64,000 bases of DNA from Nitrospiraceae bacterium. Its GTDB lineage: Bacteria > Nitrospirota > Nitrospiria > Nitrospirales > Nitrospiraceae. Under the pieces are notes generated by a model that was not told the origin of the DNA, ran no database searches, and worked only from the letters and a program-made list of their open reading frames with translations. A program made the translations under genes and the position numbers. Of this stretch, positions 27,984 to 37,735 are shown one piece after another (positions within the stretch are counted from its first letter, which is position 1; every line of letters begins with the position of its first letter). The stretch covers positions 480,001 through 544,000 of the forward strand of contig JBFWWG010000001.1 of assembly GCA_050246315.1 (NCBI GenBank), given 5' to 3'.

Positions 27984-28494
27984 TTGTCTGCTTTTCGAAC
28001 GACTCGGAAGCTGCTCGGAAGTCCAGCGCTTCCGAGTCGAGTCCGGGCATCGGCTGCTCGTCGAAGGTCTCGCTCCGCCCGAAACGGCGAAGCTCCTCGA
28101 CGAGCTCGCGATCCGCGCGGCGGTTGGTCGACCCCACGCGGACGTACACCCCGGCCTCGCGCCCCTCGCGCTTCAGGTGGTGCGGGCGCGCCGGACTCGG
28201 GTGTACCTGCACGGCGACGACCTGCGTACGCCGCCACGGGAGAATCTCGATCTCCGGCACGAGCCGCGGGGCCACGTGGTCGCTGACGAGGTTCGCCAGT
28301 CGCTCCTCCAGATCGAGCGGCTCGCGGATACCCCGCACATGGCCGGTTCTGTCTTCCACGCCCAGCAGCACGATCCCGCCGGCGGTGTTCGCTAAGGCGA
28401 CGACGGTCTTGAGCAGCCCGTCGGGGCCGGAGAGCTCGCGCTTGAACTCCAGCGTCTTGCCTTCCGGGCGCTTGAGCAGGTCGACCAAGTTCAT
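27984..28494 (-). pseudogene. Schlafen/AlbA_2-domain (RecG-like/HATPase fusion type) gene truncated by the RAYT-derived element (cassette)
   Basis: EGKTLEFKRE, VALANTAGGIVLLGVED, YVRVGSTNR; reading frame runs into the element's inverted repeat. Confidence 0.8.
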
Positions 28495-28631
28495 CGCGCT
28501 AGGAAGCCTACTCGGAAGCTCCTGGGCACGTCAAGCTTCCGAGCTCAGAACCCCTCCGAGGCCGGCCGGCAAAGTACAGACGGGCGACGCGGTAACGTCC
28601 GTCCGCCCGGCACGGACCGTGGACGTGGGGC

Positions 28632-28704
28632 GTCTAACGGCTAGGTTTCAGCCACGGAGGCTCATGACCGGACCGGCCGCCGACGGCTGCAAACCCTGTT
28701 AGGC
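28632..28704 (-). other. attC site
   Basis: Minus strand GCCTAAC-AGGGT-TTGCAGCC...GGCTGAAA-CCTAGCC-GTTAGAC; GGTGCCTAAC complements the cassette start at 29321-29330. Confidence 0.85.
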
Positions 28705-28736
28705 ACCGCGCGAATCAGTCGGTGCGCAAAGCCCAA

Positions 28737-29228
28737 CTACTTTCGGGCGCTGATGCCGTCCGCCGCGTCCATCTTTGGTTTGAGCTCGTTCAGATTCGCT
28801 CTCGCGAACGTGACATTAGCCGACGAGGCAATGATGTTTGGACCCGTCGGGGCCCCCTGCGCCACCATCAGCGCCATTCGCAGCGCCGGTACACCGACGA
28901 GGTAATCCTGTGCCGTCAGACCGTTCTCCTTGAGGATGGCCATTGCCTTTGGATCCTTCTCTACTTGCGCGCGACGTTCAGCGGGGGTCATCTTCATCGA
29001 CTTGGCCACCCGATCCTGAAAGTCCGGTAGGGACACCAGATATTTCGTCATCGCCTCCAGCGCTGAGATGAGCTGGTTGGCGCGCGGCAGCGTGAGCTTG
29101 TAGTTGAGGATTTCCTGGCGGCCGTCGGACGAATCTTTGGAGCCCTGCCCTCCAGCCACGTCGGTCGCGAGCCCAAGGGACATGACGACAAGGGACATGA
29201 CGACGAGAAGAACTACCGTGCGGAGCAT
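28737..29228 (-). CDS. Secreted hypothetical protein (cassette)
   Basis: Signal peptide, GAGGAGG RBS, bounded by attC sites. Confidence 0.75.
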   Translation of the reverse strand: MLRTVVLLVVMSLVVMSLGLATDVAGGQGSKDSSDGRQEILNYKLTLPRANQLISALEAMTKYLVSLPDFQDRVAKSMKMTPAERRAQVEKDPKAMAILKENGLTAQDYLVGVPALRMALMVAQGAPTGPNIIASSANVTFARANLNELKPKMDAADGISARK

Positions 29229-29323
29229 GAATCCCTCCTCTGCTTCTGGTCCTGCAATATACCGTCAACGCCGGGCGCCCGACTTCGAAGATCCGTAGCG
29301 ACGTTCCGGTTGCTCGTTCAGGT

Positions 29324-29382
29324 GCCTAACGTTGGAGCTAACCGGCCTGCCGCTGCGGGTCCGGTTGAGCGACTGGTTAGGC
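29324..29382 (-). other. attC site (59 bp)
   Basis: Minus strand GCCTAAC-CAGTC-GCTCAACC...GGTTAGC-TCCAAC-GTTAGGC; GGTCGCCTAAC complements the cassette start at 32687-32697. Confidence 0.92.
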
Positions 29383-29466
29383 GACCTCGTGTCACTCAGC
29401 GTTGTCTATTTCGTGACAACGCGTGCGCTCGCTGGCTGCAGGGTTGGCGAAGTTGCACAACCCATC

Positions 29467-32400
29467 TCAACCGCAACACTCGTCATCCCCCTTCATCTCG
29501 ACATCAATCGCGACTCGGCGAACACGAACACTCTTGACCTTGTCGCCGGGCAGGTCCAGACACTCGAGAAGCCGGCTGGCTCTGTCGCGGCACTGCGCCT
29601 TCTTGTCTTCAGGCGTCCGGTCGTTGAACGGCATCTCGAGGTCCGGATCGATTCGGTACGTCATGCCACCGATGACCGCGGTATCGGCGGTCGCGGTGAC
29701 GACGATGTCGCGCTCGGCTGCGGCCGCGACGTCAGCCTTCGTGAATGGCGCGCCCGCGTGGACATCAAAGGTGACGAGTCGTTGCTCGCGGGCCTTCAGG
29801 CGGGCGCCGCCTTCAGGCAAGGTCTGCAGACCGATCCGCCATCCTCGCCGCGCCAACATTGCAGGAAGAACGATAGACACCTCAATCTTCGCGGCTGTCC
29901 GACCAGGATTGCCCACCCAGAAGCCCTTGCCGTGGAGTCCCGCCATGAGACCCGCCAGTCCGCCGCCACCCGGAACGAGCGTGACATTCCGCTGACCGAC
30001 GTTGTTGTCGTTCGGCACGAGGCGCCAGTCCTCGACGACTTCGCCCGCCGTGAAGTTGTCGACGTTGCTTGGATCGCCTGTCGCCGACACGATCATCAGC
30101 ATGCAGTCATGCCCCCAGGCGTTCGTGACGGGGGTCCACTCGAACGGGCCGACGGTCTTCTCTTCGCCGTCGTTGGGCTGCAGCGTTCCGGCTGAGAGTT
30201 GGGCGGTCGTCATGGGTTGCAGGTCGTTGGGCCAGAGCACCCCTGCGGAAGGCTTGCAGTGGTAGCCCTTCACGACCACGTTGTTGGCGACGGACGTGCC
30301 ACGATTCTTGATCTTCACGTAGGCGTAGTTGGTGGCGGGGTCCCCTCCCGCATCGAGCAGCGCCGGTTCTTCGTGGCCCGCCAAGCCGTCGGGGTTACGG
30401 CGGTTCCAGATCGTCGTCGTTGCCCAATGGACCGGCAGATACTGGTACTCGCCCGCCCGGCTATCGTCGATGTAGACATCGACGCTGGGCGGTGCGCCGC
30501 CGTTGAGATTCTGTTTTTCAAATGCCCACGTGAGCACCTTGCCGTAGGCGCCTCCAAAAACCCCTTCCGAGGTCCAGTTGCCGGCGTCCGCGGTAATGAG
30601 CGCACTGAGAAAACCAGCGGCCGTCTTGGCGGTGCCGCCGACGCCCAAGCTGGCCGGGGTCATGCTGCCGACGGCTCGCAACAGCAGATAGGCCATGCAG
30701 CGCGCGGCGAATTCGCGCCGGACGACACTGTTCGAGTCGCCACCGATGGATCGGTAGGCACGGAACATCGTCGTGGAGAGAATTTGCTCGCTGAGGTAGC
30801 TGCCGAGATCGGCCGTGCCACCCCACGCCCACTTGCCGATGGTTGCCGTCCCGGAAGCGCCAGTCCCTCCGCCGCCCGTAATCGTCACCGTCGGCGCTCC
30901 GGTAAAGCCTGTGCCGTGGTAAGTGACCATCAGGAAGGTAACTGCCCCTCCGGAGACAAATGCGAGCGCTTTCGCACCCGAGCCGCCGCCTCCGCTGATG
31001 GTGACCGTGGGTGCACTTGCGTAGCCGGAGCCTCCACTCGTCAGAGTCAGGGCAATCACTCCGGAATCCGAAGGCGCCCGGTCTGATCGTCTTTCGAAGT
31101 AGGTGACGAAGGGCGCAAGGACAAAGCGGTCAATCGTGGCCGCATCGTGCCACTTGGACACGTAGTCATTGAGAATCATGGCGAAGCTGTCACCGGCGCT
31201 GTGCGCGAAACCGAAATTGGGGCCTCCGACATGGTCGTAGAGGATCCCGTGGCCGCCCAGTTCGTGAAGGACCACGCGCCAGTCTGTTGAAATGCCGATC
31301 GGGTTGGCGGTGTCGCCCTCGTCCGCAAGCGCATAGCACGTGTGATCGATGCCGTCGCCGTCGCCGATACAATGGCCATTGACGACGTTTCCAAGGGCGC
31401 GATGATCGACTTCAACCGGGAACGCCGTACCGTTGAAGTACCCCCCAGCGCCGGTCAGCGAAAACCCGAGGTCGGCCACCAGCCGAAAGAATCGGTCGGT
31501 GTGGTAATAGGCGTTGACTGCCGAAAACTGGTTGGTCCGCACATCCCAGATGTCGAAATCACTACCCGCAGGCCGTGTGGGGGCACCGACGGTCGGGGTC
31601 TCGATCTCGGTCAGGGTCGCCCAGGTGCCCTGAAGTGATTGGGTGGAGGGCGTTCCCGTGGGCGGATTCAGGTTGGCAAGCGGCTCGTTATCTCGATGCG
31701 GGTTCAGCACGGCGTTGCTTTTGTCCGCCGTATTGGTTGCCGTGCCACTGCTCGTGATCGGATCGTAGGTGAAGACCAGCCCGTTGATGCCCGAAGTGAG
31801 GGCCCGCAGATAGAGGATCGTGTTGGTCTCGACCTCAACGAGCACTCGCCAGTTCATCCGATGGCCGTTATATGGCAGGCGGAAAATGAGCTCGGCGACG
31901 AGGTACCAGCCTCCGTCGCGGATTGACTTGGGTACAGGCGGGAGCGGCAGCGTCGGCGGCGTGCCGCAGAGTGGCTGATCGACCGAATGCGGGTGGTCCT
32001 GCGTCCGTGTCGCCGGATCGTACCGGTAGATGAAGAAGCGGCCGCGGATCAATCGGGCTGCGGCCTCTGGATCTTTCACCGCTTTTGACGCCTTGGCTGC
32101 CTTGCCGACAATCTCGGGCAACAGGTCCGAACTCGGAACGGCGGGCGCTTCAACTCGCCTCGGTCTCGGCTGTGAAGGCGAAGCGTCGATCTTCTCGGCG
32201 GTCGCAAACAGCCGGCGGTAGCGCTCCAGCGCTTCGGCTGAAGGCATTCTTGCGTCAATGCCTTGCTCGCTGGTGTCGGTCGCGGCAACGACACGAGTTG
32301 GGGCCTGTTTGATGGTGGCGCTAACGCCGGCCACCCAGACTGGAGTATTGAGATAGGTCTGGCAATAGGCAAAGGTGGCTGAGTCAAACAAGACTTTTTC

Positions 32401-32649
32401 CTCGCTGAAGCGATACTCGACACCCTTTTCCTGAGGGTCGAGGTATGAGACCGATTGTTCGAGGCTCTGCAGCTGCTCGCGCGCTATGTTGAGCTTTCCG
32501 GCCATCTCGCGCACATAGGCCGCCGCAGCCTCCCGGCCGCGAAGGCGCTCGATCTCGCGATATTCGTCGAGGTGATTGATTCCTCGAATGCGGCCAGCAT
32601 CGTCGAGCGTGAGAGTGGCCTTTATGGAAGGGTCGTAGGTTGTTTTCAT
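29467..32649 (-). CDS. 1060-aa M4/M36-like zinc metallopeptidase with propeptide-like N-terminus, Gly/Thr-rich repeats and Ig-like C-domain (cassette)
   Basis: [22 protein letters not shown]; two xGGSGY/GTGFxxAPTVTIxGGGG repeats; AAAGGAG RBS. Confidence 0.7.
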   Translation of the reverse strand: MKTTYDPSIKATLTLDDAGRIRGINHLDEYREIERLRGREAAAAYVREMAGKLNIAREQLQSLEQSVSYLDPQEKGVEYRFSEEKVLFDSATFAYCQTYLNTPVWVAGVSATIKQAPTRVVAATDTSEQGIDARMPSAEALERYRRLFATAEKIDASPSQPRPRRVEAPAVPSSDLLPEIVGKAAKASKAVKDPEAAARLIRGRFFIYRYDPATRTQDHPHSVDQPLCGTPPTLPLPPVPKSIRDGGWYLVAELIFRLPYNGHRMNWRVLVEVETNTILYLRALTSGINGLVFTYDPITSSGTATNTADKSNAVLNPHRDNEPLANLNPPTGTPSTQSLQGTWATLTEIETPTVGAPTRPAGSDFDIWDVRTNQFSAVNAYYHTDRFFRLVADLGFSLTGAGGYFNGTAFPVEVDHRALGNVVNGHCIGDGDGIDHTCYALADEGDTANPIGISTDWRVVLHELGGHGILYDHVGGPNFGFAHSAGDSFAMILNDYVSKWHDAATIDRFVLAPFVTYFERRSDRAPSDSGVIALTLTSGGSGYASAPTVTISGGGGSGAKALAFVSGGAVTFLMVTYHGTGFTGAPTVTITGGGGTGASGTATIGKWAWGGTADLGSYLSEQILSTTMFRAYRSIGGDSNSVVRREFAARCMAYLLLRAVGSMTPASLGVGGTAKTAAGFLSALITADAGNWTSEGVFGGAYGKVLTWAFEKQNLNGGAPPSVDVYIDDSRAGEYQYLPVHWATTTIWNRRNPDGLAGHEEPALLDAGGDPATNYAYVKIKNRGTSVANNVVVKGYHCKPSAGVLWPNDLQPMTTAQLSAGTLQPNDGEEKTVGPFEWTPVTNAWGHDCMLMIVSATGDPSNVDNFTAGEVVEDWRLVPNDNNVGQRNVTLVPGGGGLAGLMAGLHGKGFWVGNPGRTAAKIEVSIVLPAMLARRGWRIGLQTLPEGGARLKAREQRLVTFDVHAGAPFTKADVAAAAERDIVVTATADTAVIGGMTYRIDPDLEMPFNDRTPEDKKAQCRDRASRLLECLDLPGDKVKSVRVRRVAIDVEMKGDDECCG

Positions 32650-32690
32650 GGCTTATCTCCTTTCGTTTCAAATAATGGGTGTTCCCGGTC

Positions 32691-32754
32691 GCCTAACGTT
32701 TGAGCTCAGGCCGCGGCCCGTCAGGGCCGTCGCGCCTGCAGCGAATTGTTGGGC
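32691..32754 (-). other. attC site (64 bp)
   Basis: Minus strand GCCCAAC-AATTC-GCTGCAGG...CCTGAGC-TCAAAC-GTTAGGC; GTCGCCCAAC complements the cassette start at 33819-33828. Confidence 0.93.
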
Positions 32755-32765
32755 GACAACTTCGC

Positions 32766-33773
32766 TTAATAGTTTCCTGGGCCGGACTTTTCCAGATCAC
32801 CATCAAAGCAATACACGATGCCATCAAGATATGGGCGCACCTCCTTCTCCCAGCTTGCCTTACGATGGGAAAAGGAAATGAGTCTTGCAGCCGTCAATTC
32901 TGGCGATGAGCCGTCTGAGTATTTTACGGCCTTATAACCAGAAAAAGTATCCGCTTTACTATGAAGCGAAGGGCTTTGCTTAGTGTAGGATTGGAAACTC
33001 AGGATGCGGCCAGACTTGCACTTTTCAGTTGAAGAATAACTTCTCGTCACATGAGCTTCTGAGTATGAGTCCTCGACCATATGAAGAAGGGTACCAAGCG
33101 CGTGCTCTTGGAAGTCATTTTTCGTGTCAGTCAACAAATACCTGGGCTGCAAGATCCAATTAATTTCCCATTCGGCGTGCCTGCCACCAAAGTAATTCTT
33201 AATACGATCTATTTTAACTTCTGAAAACTTGTCTCTACGCGCAATTTCTCCAATAGATATTTTGTAAGCAAACTCTGCCCACATAAATATATTTTCTTTA
33301 GTCTTATGCGGATCCTCTCCGTCTTTTGATGCCATTGAATGCAGAAACTGCAAGTCTCCGTAGTGGCTTCGGTAATGCATCATGTATCTGCCATCAATGC
33401 GAACGCCTTTCTTTGCCCTGTGCTCTGCGTCTTTCATATGGCCAAGCCAAATGGCTTGCCGAGCCTTATATAAATCCTGATTAGGGTCGTCGTTCCACCA
33501 GATCCCCCTAAGCAAGGAATCTTGTATAACCTTCCCATTCATCAGGTTGCGCTCATATTCGCATCCACTTTTGTTCTCTGAGGCTTCACATTCAGTCAGA
33601 AATATTTTTCGCCCCTTATTCGTAATGATTTCGTGAACATTTTCGCTGATAAAATCCATGAGCCCACTTTTGCTGTCTATGCTCTCTGATTTTCTGCTAA
33701 GCGGATTTATATGGAATGCACTCGCCATTGACGGCAGCATTGCGATTAATATGATTGAAACGATTTTCATCAT
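32766..33773 (-). CDS. AT-rich secreted protein with phospholipase C/P1-nuclease-like zinc motifs (first cassette)
   Basis: Signal peptide; VHEIIT, WNDDP, SHYGDLQFLH, LHMVEDSYSEAH; visibly AT-richer than its flanks. Confidence 0.6.
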   Translation of the reverse strand: MMKIVSIILIAMLPSMASAFHINPLSRKSESIDSKSGLMDFISENVHEIITNKGRKIFLTECEASENKSGCEYERNLMNGKVIQDSLLRGIWWNDDPNQDLYKARQAIWLGHMKDAEHRAKKGVRIDGRYMMHYRSHYGDLQFLHSMASKDGEDPHKTKENIFMWAEFAYKISIGEIARRDKFSEVKIDRIKNYFGGRHAEWEINWILQPRYLLTDTKNDFQEHALGTLLHMVEDSYSEAHVTRSYSSTEKCKSGRILSFQSYTKQSPSLHSKADTFSGYKAVKYSDGSSPELTAARLISFSHRKASWEKEVRPYLDGIVYCFDGDLEKSGPGNY

Positions 33774-33914
33774 ACCTGCCCTCCATAGGCACATGATTTG
33801 ATTTCTGAATGCTTCCTTGTCGCCCAACTATTAAGTGAGTATACTGCTCCCCTCTAGGACAACGGCCAGCTGAACTGAGTACACTGTGGCTGATCCACCA
33901 AGGAGGGATCAGTC

Positions 33915-34193
33915 ATGAAGCGACGGAAGTGGGACGCCAAGACGAAGGCGATCATCGTGCTTGAAGGGCTCAAGGGCAAACCGGTGACCGCCATCTGTCA
34001 GGACTACCAGCTCAGTCAAGCGCAGTATTATCAGTGGCGAGATCATTTTCTCTCGAACGCGGCCAAACCGTTTGAGGTCGCCCAGCAGACCGAACGCGAA
34101 GCCCGGCTCCAGCACGAGAACGCTCGGCTGAAGAAGCTGGTCGGCGAGCTCACCTTGGAGCTCAAAAAAAGCGACGAGGAGGTGTGGCCATGA
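33915..34193 (+). CDS. IS3 transposase OrfA (HTH)
   Basis: KAIIVLEGLKG..QYYQWR..ENARLKKLVGEL; A7G slippery site at 34164-34171. Confidence 0.9.
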   Translation: MKRRKWDAKTKAIIVLEGLKGKPVTAICQDYQLSQAQYYQWRDHFLSNAAKPFEVAQQTEREARLQHENARLKKLVGELTLELKKSDEEVWP

Positions 34194-34969
34194 GCCGCCG
34201 TCCCTCGCCGACCATCGGCCAGCGCAACGCGGCGGTGCTGGCCCGGATTCAGGCGCTGAAAGCCGAGCATCCATTCTGGGGCTATCGCCGGATCTGGGCG
34301 CAGCTTCGCTTCGGAGAGAGCCTGGTCGTCAATAAGAAGCGCGTGCTGCGGCTGATGCGGACGCACGGCTTGCTGGTCATGGGGAATCCCCGGTTGAAGG
34401 CAACTCGGACGCCGATGCGGAGCAAGCCCCGGCCGACGGCGCCCAATCAGTGGTGGGGGATCGACATGACCAAGGTCATGGTCGAGCCCATCGGCTGGGT
34501 GTATGTCGTCCTCGTGCTGGACTGGTACACGAAAAAGATCGTTGGCCACTACGCGGGCCTCCAGGCAAAAACGGGACACTGGCTGGCCGCACTGGACTCA
34601 GCCGTGCAGCGCCAGTGTCCCCACGGAAGCCGCGATCACGGGCTGCATCTGATGAGTGATACCGGGTGTCAGCCCACGGCCGTTGCGTTCATGAAGGCGG
34701 CGGCGACGCTGGGCATTACCCAGGCGTTTACCAGTTACAACAATCCGAAAGGAAACGCAGATACGGAACGCCTGATGCGAACGTTGAAGGAAGAACTGCT
34801 CTGGCTCCGCGAGTGGACCAGTTCCCTGGAGTTGGAACGGGCCATCGGTGCCTGGATCGAATGGTACAACACGCGGTACTTGCACTCAGCACTGGGATAT
34901 CGGACACCGTGCCAGATCGAACAACAACATCTGCTCAGCCACAGCAACACTCAGTTCGTGGCCGCTTGA
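34184..34969 (+). CDS. IS3 transposase OrfB (rve DDE domain)
   Basis: WGYRRI, NKKRVLRLMR, WGIDMT, MSDTG, ERLMRTLKEE, HSALGYRTP. Confidence 0.92.
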   Translation: MAMSRRPSPTIGQRNAAVLARIQALKAEHPFWGYRRIWAQLRFGESLVVNKKRVLRLMRTHGLLVMGNPRLKATRTPMRSKPRPTAPNQWWGIDMTKVMVEPIGWVYVVLVLDWYTKKIVGHYAGLQAKTGHWLAALDSAVQRQCPHGSRDHGLHLMSDTGCQPTAVAFMKAAATLGITQAFTSYNNPKGNADTERLMRTLKEELLWLREWTSSLELERAIGAWIEWYNTRYLHSALGYRTPCQIEQQHLLSHSNTQFVAA

Positions 34970-35064
34970 CAAATGGGGAGCAGTACATGAGCCGCCAGGG
35001 ACCTGCGCGTGCTGGCAGCCTATCACGTGTAGTTCTTCATCCCGAACCGCGCAAAATCTGACGG

Positions 35065-35093
35065 ATTCTCCGTGAAATACATAAGCGTGTCAA
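35065..35093 (-). promoter_or_regulatory. Putative cassette promoter (Pc)
   Basis: Minus strand TTGACA - 17 bp - GAGAAT, pointing into the cassette array. Confidence 0.65.
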
Positions 35094-35184
35094 ATTGATC
35101 CGTTCCAGAGAACCCCGCCCACCCGGCGGCCTATCACCCTATTGGCCCGCAGCCTATTTCGCCTCGCGTGCTGGTTAGAGTGGC

Positions 35185-36420
35185 TCACCCGAGCCGGTCT
35201 GCCGGGCTGCACACGCCTCGTCCGCCTCGATTCAGGACGTGCGTATAGATCATGGTGGTGCTCACATCCCTATGCCCCAGTAACTCTTGGACGGTCCGAA
35301 TGTCGTACCCATCTTCAAGGAGGTGCGTCGCAAATGAATGGCGGAACGTGTGGCAACTGGCTGGCTTGGCGATACCAGCTTTACGAGCGGCTTCTTTGAC
35401 GGCCTTCTGAATGACGGATTCATGCAGGTGATGTCTGTATGGCGTCCGGGTCGCTTGATCGATGTAATATTTTGAGGCGGGGAATACCCACTGCCAACTC
35501 CACTCTTCGCCTGCCTTGGGATATTTGCGATCCAATGCGTTCGGGAGGACAACACGGCCTAATCCCTGTTCGAGGTCATGCTGATGTTTCTGATTGATTT
35601 CCTCCAGGTGTCGGGCAAGGGGTTCTTTCACTGTGAGAGGGAGCATCGTGTAGCGGTCTTTATTCCCCTTGCCAGCTCGAACCACGATCTGGTTTCGGGT
35701 GAAGTCGAGGTCCTTCACTCTGAGACGGCAACACTCCATGAGTCGAAGGCCAGCGCCGTAGAGCAATGTCGCCATCAGCCATGCCGTTCCATCGAGCTGG
35801 CGGAGCAGTTCCTTCACTTCTTCGCGTGTTAAGACCACCGGGAGCCGGTGCGGCCTTTTGGCACGCACCACGCCATTCACGTAGCCGATCTTCTTCCCAA
35901 GGACCTCATGATAGAGGAACAGCACCGCGTTTAAGGCTTGATTCTGTGTGGAGGCGCTCACGCGGGAGTGTGTAGCCAACGTGGATAGGTACTGGCCGAT
36001 TTCTTGTTCGGCGATCTCTATCGGGTGACGCTGCTGATGAAAGACGAGAAAACGTTTGATCCAGCCGACATAGGCCTCTTCGGTCTTGTGACTATAGTGC
36101 CTCCTTCGAATGGCTTGGCGGACTTGGTCGACGACTGCAAGATTCCATGAGATTTCTTTAGGGACCACCGGCTCGTGCCTCGGAGTTTGTTCAGTAGTTG
36201 AACGGAGCGAGGCCTCGACCTCGACCGGTTCTCCGGCAAAGAGGTCCAGCAAATGACGGACCATGTGATCGGTGTGAGGGACCGTCCAACACCGTTCACC
36301 TTGGTGCCAGCGTCGATCGACCACGGTTTTGATCTTCGCCACACGATTCGGGGAATACGGCACTCTCACGATGAGCCGTCCCGTTGGGCCTCGCTCGATC
36401 TTGATAACATCCTGTTCCAT
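35185..36420 (-). CDS. intI: Integron integrase with N-terminal HARP-like extension
   Basis: YGAGLR, KGNKDR, HTFRHSF, LGH...IYTH catalytic residues; IntI-specific ALDRKYP...WQWVFP...RHH insertion. Confidence 0.96.
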   Translation of the reverse strand: MEQDVIKIERGPTGRLIVRVPYSPNRVAKIKTVVDRRWHQGERCWTVPHTDHMVRHLLDLFAGEPVEVEASLRSTTEQTPRHEPVVPKEISWNLAVVDQVRQAIRRRHYSHKTEEAYVGWIKRFLVFHQQRHPIEIAEQEIGQYLSTLATHSRVSASTQNQALNAVLFLYHEVLGKKIGYVNGVVRAKRPHRLPVVLTREEVKELLRQLDGTAWLMATLLYGAGLRLMECCRLRVKDLDFTRNQIVVRAGKGNKDRYTMLPLTVKEPLARHLEEINQKHQHDLEQGLGRVVLPNALDRKYPKAGEEWSWQWVFPASKYYIDQATRTPYRHHLHESVIQKAVKEAARKAGIAKPASCHTFRHSFATHLLEDGYDIRTVQELLGHRDVSTTMIYTHVLNRGGRGVCSPADRLG

Positions 36421-36509
36421 AGGAGCCGGCTACGTTCCCTCAAGAAGGTGCAACCGCCTTCTTGAACGAATGACGATTGACGAATGTTGATGGACGATTA
36501 ACCCGGCCG

Positions 36510-37088
36510 CTACCCCCTCTTCGCATATCCTTCCGCGATCAGCACGTCGGCAACATTCTGGCCATTCAAAAACACATCGGCCACGGTGCGCCCGTAGACA
36601 TCCTGCGAGACGGGAACGATCGTGATCGCTCCCTCGCGCAGGAGTGCGGCGAGCCGCTGCGCGGCTTCGAATCCGCCGGGCGTGCCGGTTTCCGGCGCAT
36701 CGATCCCGCGCAGCCGGACTTTGGTGCCGTTGTAGGCGAACGTGTCGCCATCGATCGGACGGAGGAATCGCCCATCGACCTCTACCGGCCCGCGAAGGTT
36801 CGAGAGCACGTTCGAGCGCGGGAGAGTCCGGAGCCCCGGTATGCGGCCGGATCGGAGAGAGGAGGAAGCCCCGTGCTTCCGCCAGCGGTAGGGTCTCTTC
36901 GCCGAGTGCGGTCGCTTGCGGGGCTTGTGGGTCAGCTTCGGGTCGGATGGCGCGGGCGTCCAACAGGTGGGGCAGATCTGCGGCTGTGGGATCTGCCCGT
37001 TGGGGGCGGTGCCGGCCATGAGCAGCGACACCGGAAAGAGGGTAGAGGCCAGCATCATAGTGAGGATCAACCGTCGCTGCGTGATCAT
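36510..37088 (-). CDS. Secreted thermonuclease (SNase-like)
   Basis: IDGDTF, VRLRGIDAPE, DVYGRTVA; signal peptide. Confidence 0.85.
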   Translation of the reverse strand: MITQRRLILTMMLASTLFPVSLLMAGTAPNGQIPQPQICPTCWTPAPSDPKLTHKPRKRPHSAKRPYRWRKHGASSSLRSGRIPGLRTLPRSNVLSNLRGPVEVDGRFLRPIDGDTFAYNGTKVRLRGIDAPETGTPGGFEAAQRLAALLREGAITIVPVSQDVYGRTVADVFLNGQNVADVLIAEGYAKRG

Positions 37089-37107
37089 GGGTGACCTTTG
37101 TGTCTGG

Positions 37108-37470
37108 CCCACCTTATTCATGAACGCCTCTACTGCAACCGTGCATTCGCCGCTACGACAAGCCCGGCCGGCCGAAGGGACTTCTCCGGCGGCGTATCAA
37201 ACACTGAGGAAGGGACATGCCCGTAGGGTGCTTCTCCGTCGGCGCAGCTACGAAAATACGATGAATAGCCGACGGTCCAAACGAAGCTTCGTATAGAGGG
37301 ACTCTGCCCGATGAGCCGCCGGCTCACACGAAGTAGGGAAGGGCGGGCGGGCTCGCTGCTCGGTCGGTCAACATACTGTTTCAAGTATGCCTCCCTCCCT
37401 CGCATCTCCACGCGCCCGTCTCGCGTGGCGACTTCGCGGTTTCGTGACGAACCATCATGAATAATGTGGG
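37108..37470. mobile_element. MITE copy carrying an internal repeat-array insert
   Basis: Termini CCCACCTTATTCATGA / TCATGAATAATGTGGG flanked by CTGG on both sides; arms align with the reverse complement of 48887-49095. Confidence 0.8.
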
Positions 37471-37623
37471 CTGGGCTGAATCCTGACAAATCGGCTCTGC
37501 AAGCCAGTTTGCAAGACACGTGCACGGTCAGCGAAAGCGAGTGGGGCTGAGTGTCTCTCGCCGTTGACAATTCAGAAAACCGCGTGCTGAAATGCCCGGT
37601 AACGAGTAATCGGGTCGTCTCCT

Positions 37624-37679
37624 GTGCTCCCGCGCCCCGCACGTTTGGAAAGTGCTCGGCGCACGGCCGCAGTTGGAGA
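37624..37679 (+). repeat. Intergenic repeat GTGCTC..CCCGCACG ... ACGGCCGCAGTTGGAGA
   Basis: Same blocks at 55154-55302 and 55887-55997. Confidence 0.6.
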
Positions 37680-37735
37680 CAACCCGGTTACACGTTGGAG
37701 TAAAGAGGGTCTAAGAAAAAGAGGGGGCAAAACCA

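Larger units (their letters stand above)
33840..34987 (+). mobile_element. IS3-family insertion sequence, 1148 bp
   Basis: Terminal inverted repeats TATACTGCTCCCC / GGGGAGCAGTACA; 4-bp duplication TGAG at 33836-33839 and 34988-34991. Confidence 0.93.
33822..35037 (-). other. Putative attI (or degenerate attC) primary recombination site, interrupted by IS3
   Basis: Crossover G|TTGGGC at 33828; removing the IS restores ...CTGGCGGCTCAC-TTAATA-GTTGGGC. Confidence 0.6.

Noticed and set aside
36430..36500. attC site after the thermonuclease gene
   Set aside because: A hairpin exists, but there is no RYYYAAC/GTTRRRY pair at the correct spacing.
36421..36510. LexA box upstream of intI
   Set aside because: No CTGT-N8-ACAG, GAAC-N4-GTTC or GTTC-N7-GTTC motif seen.
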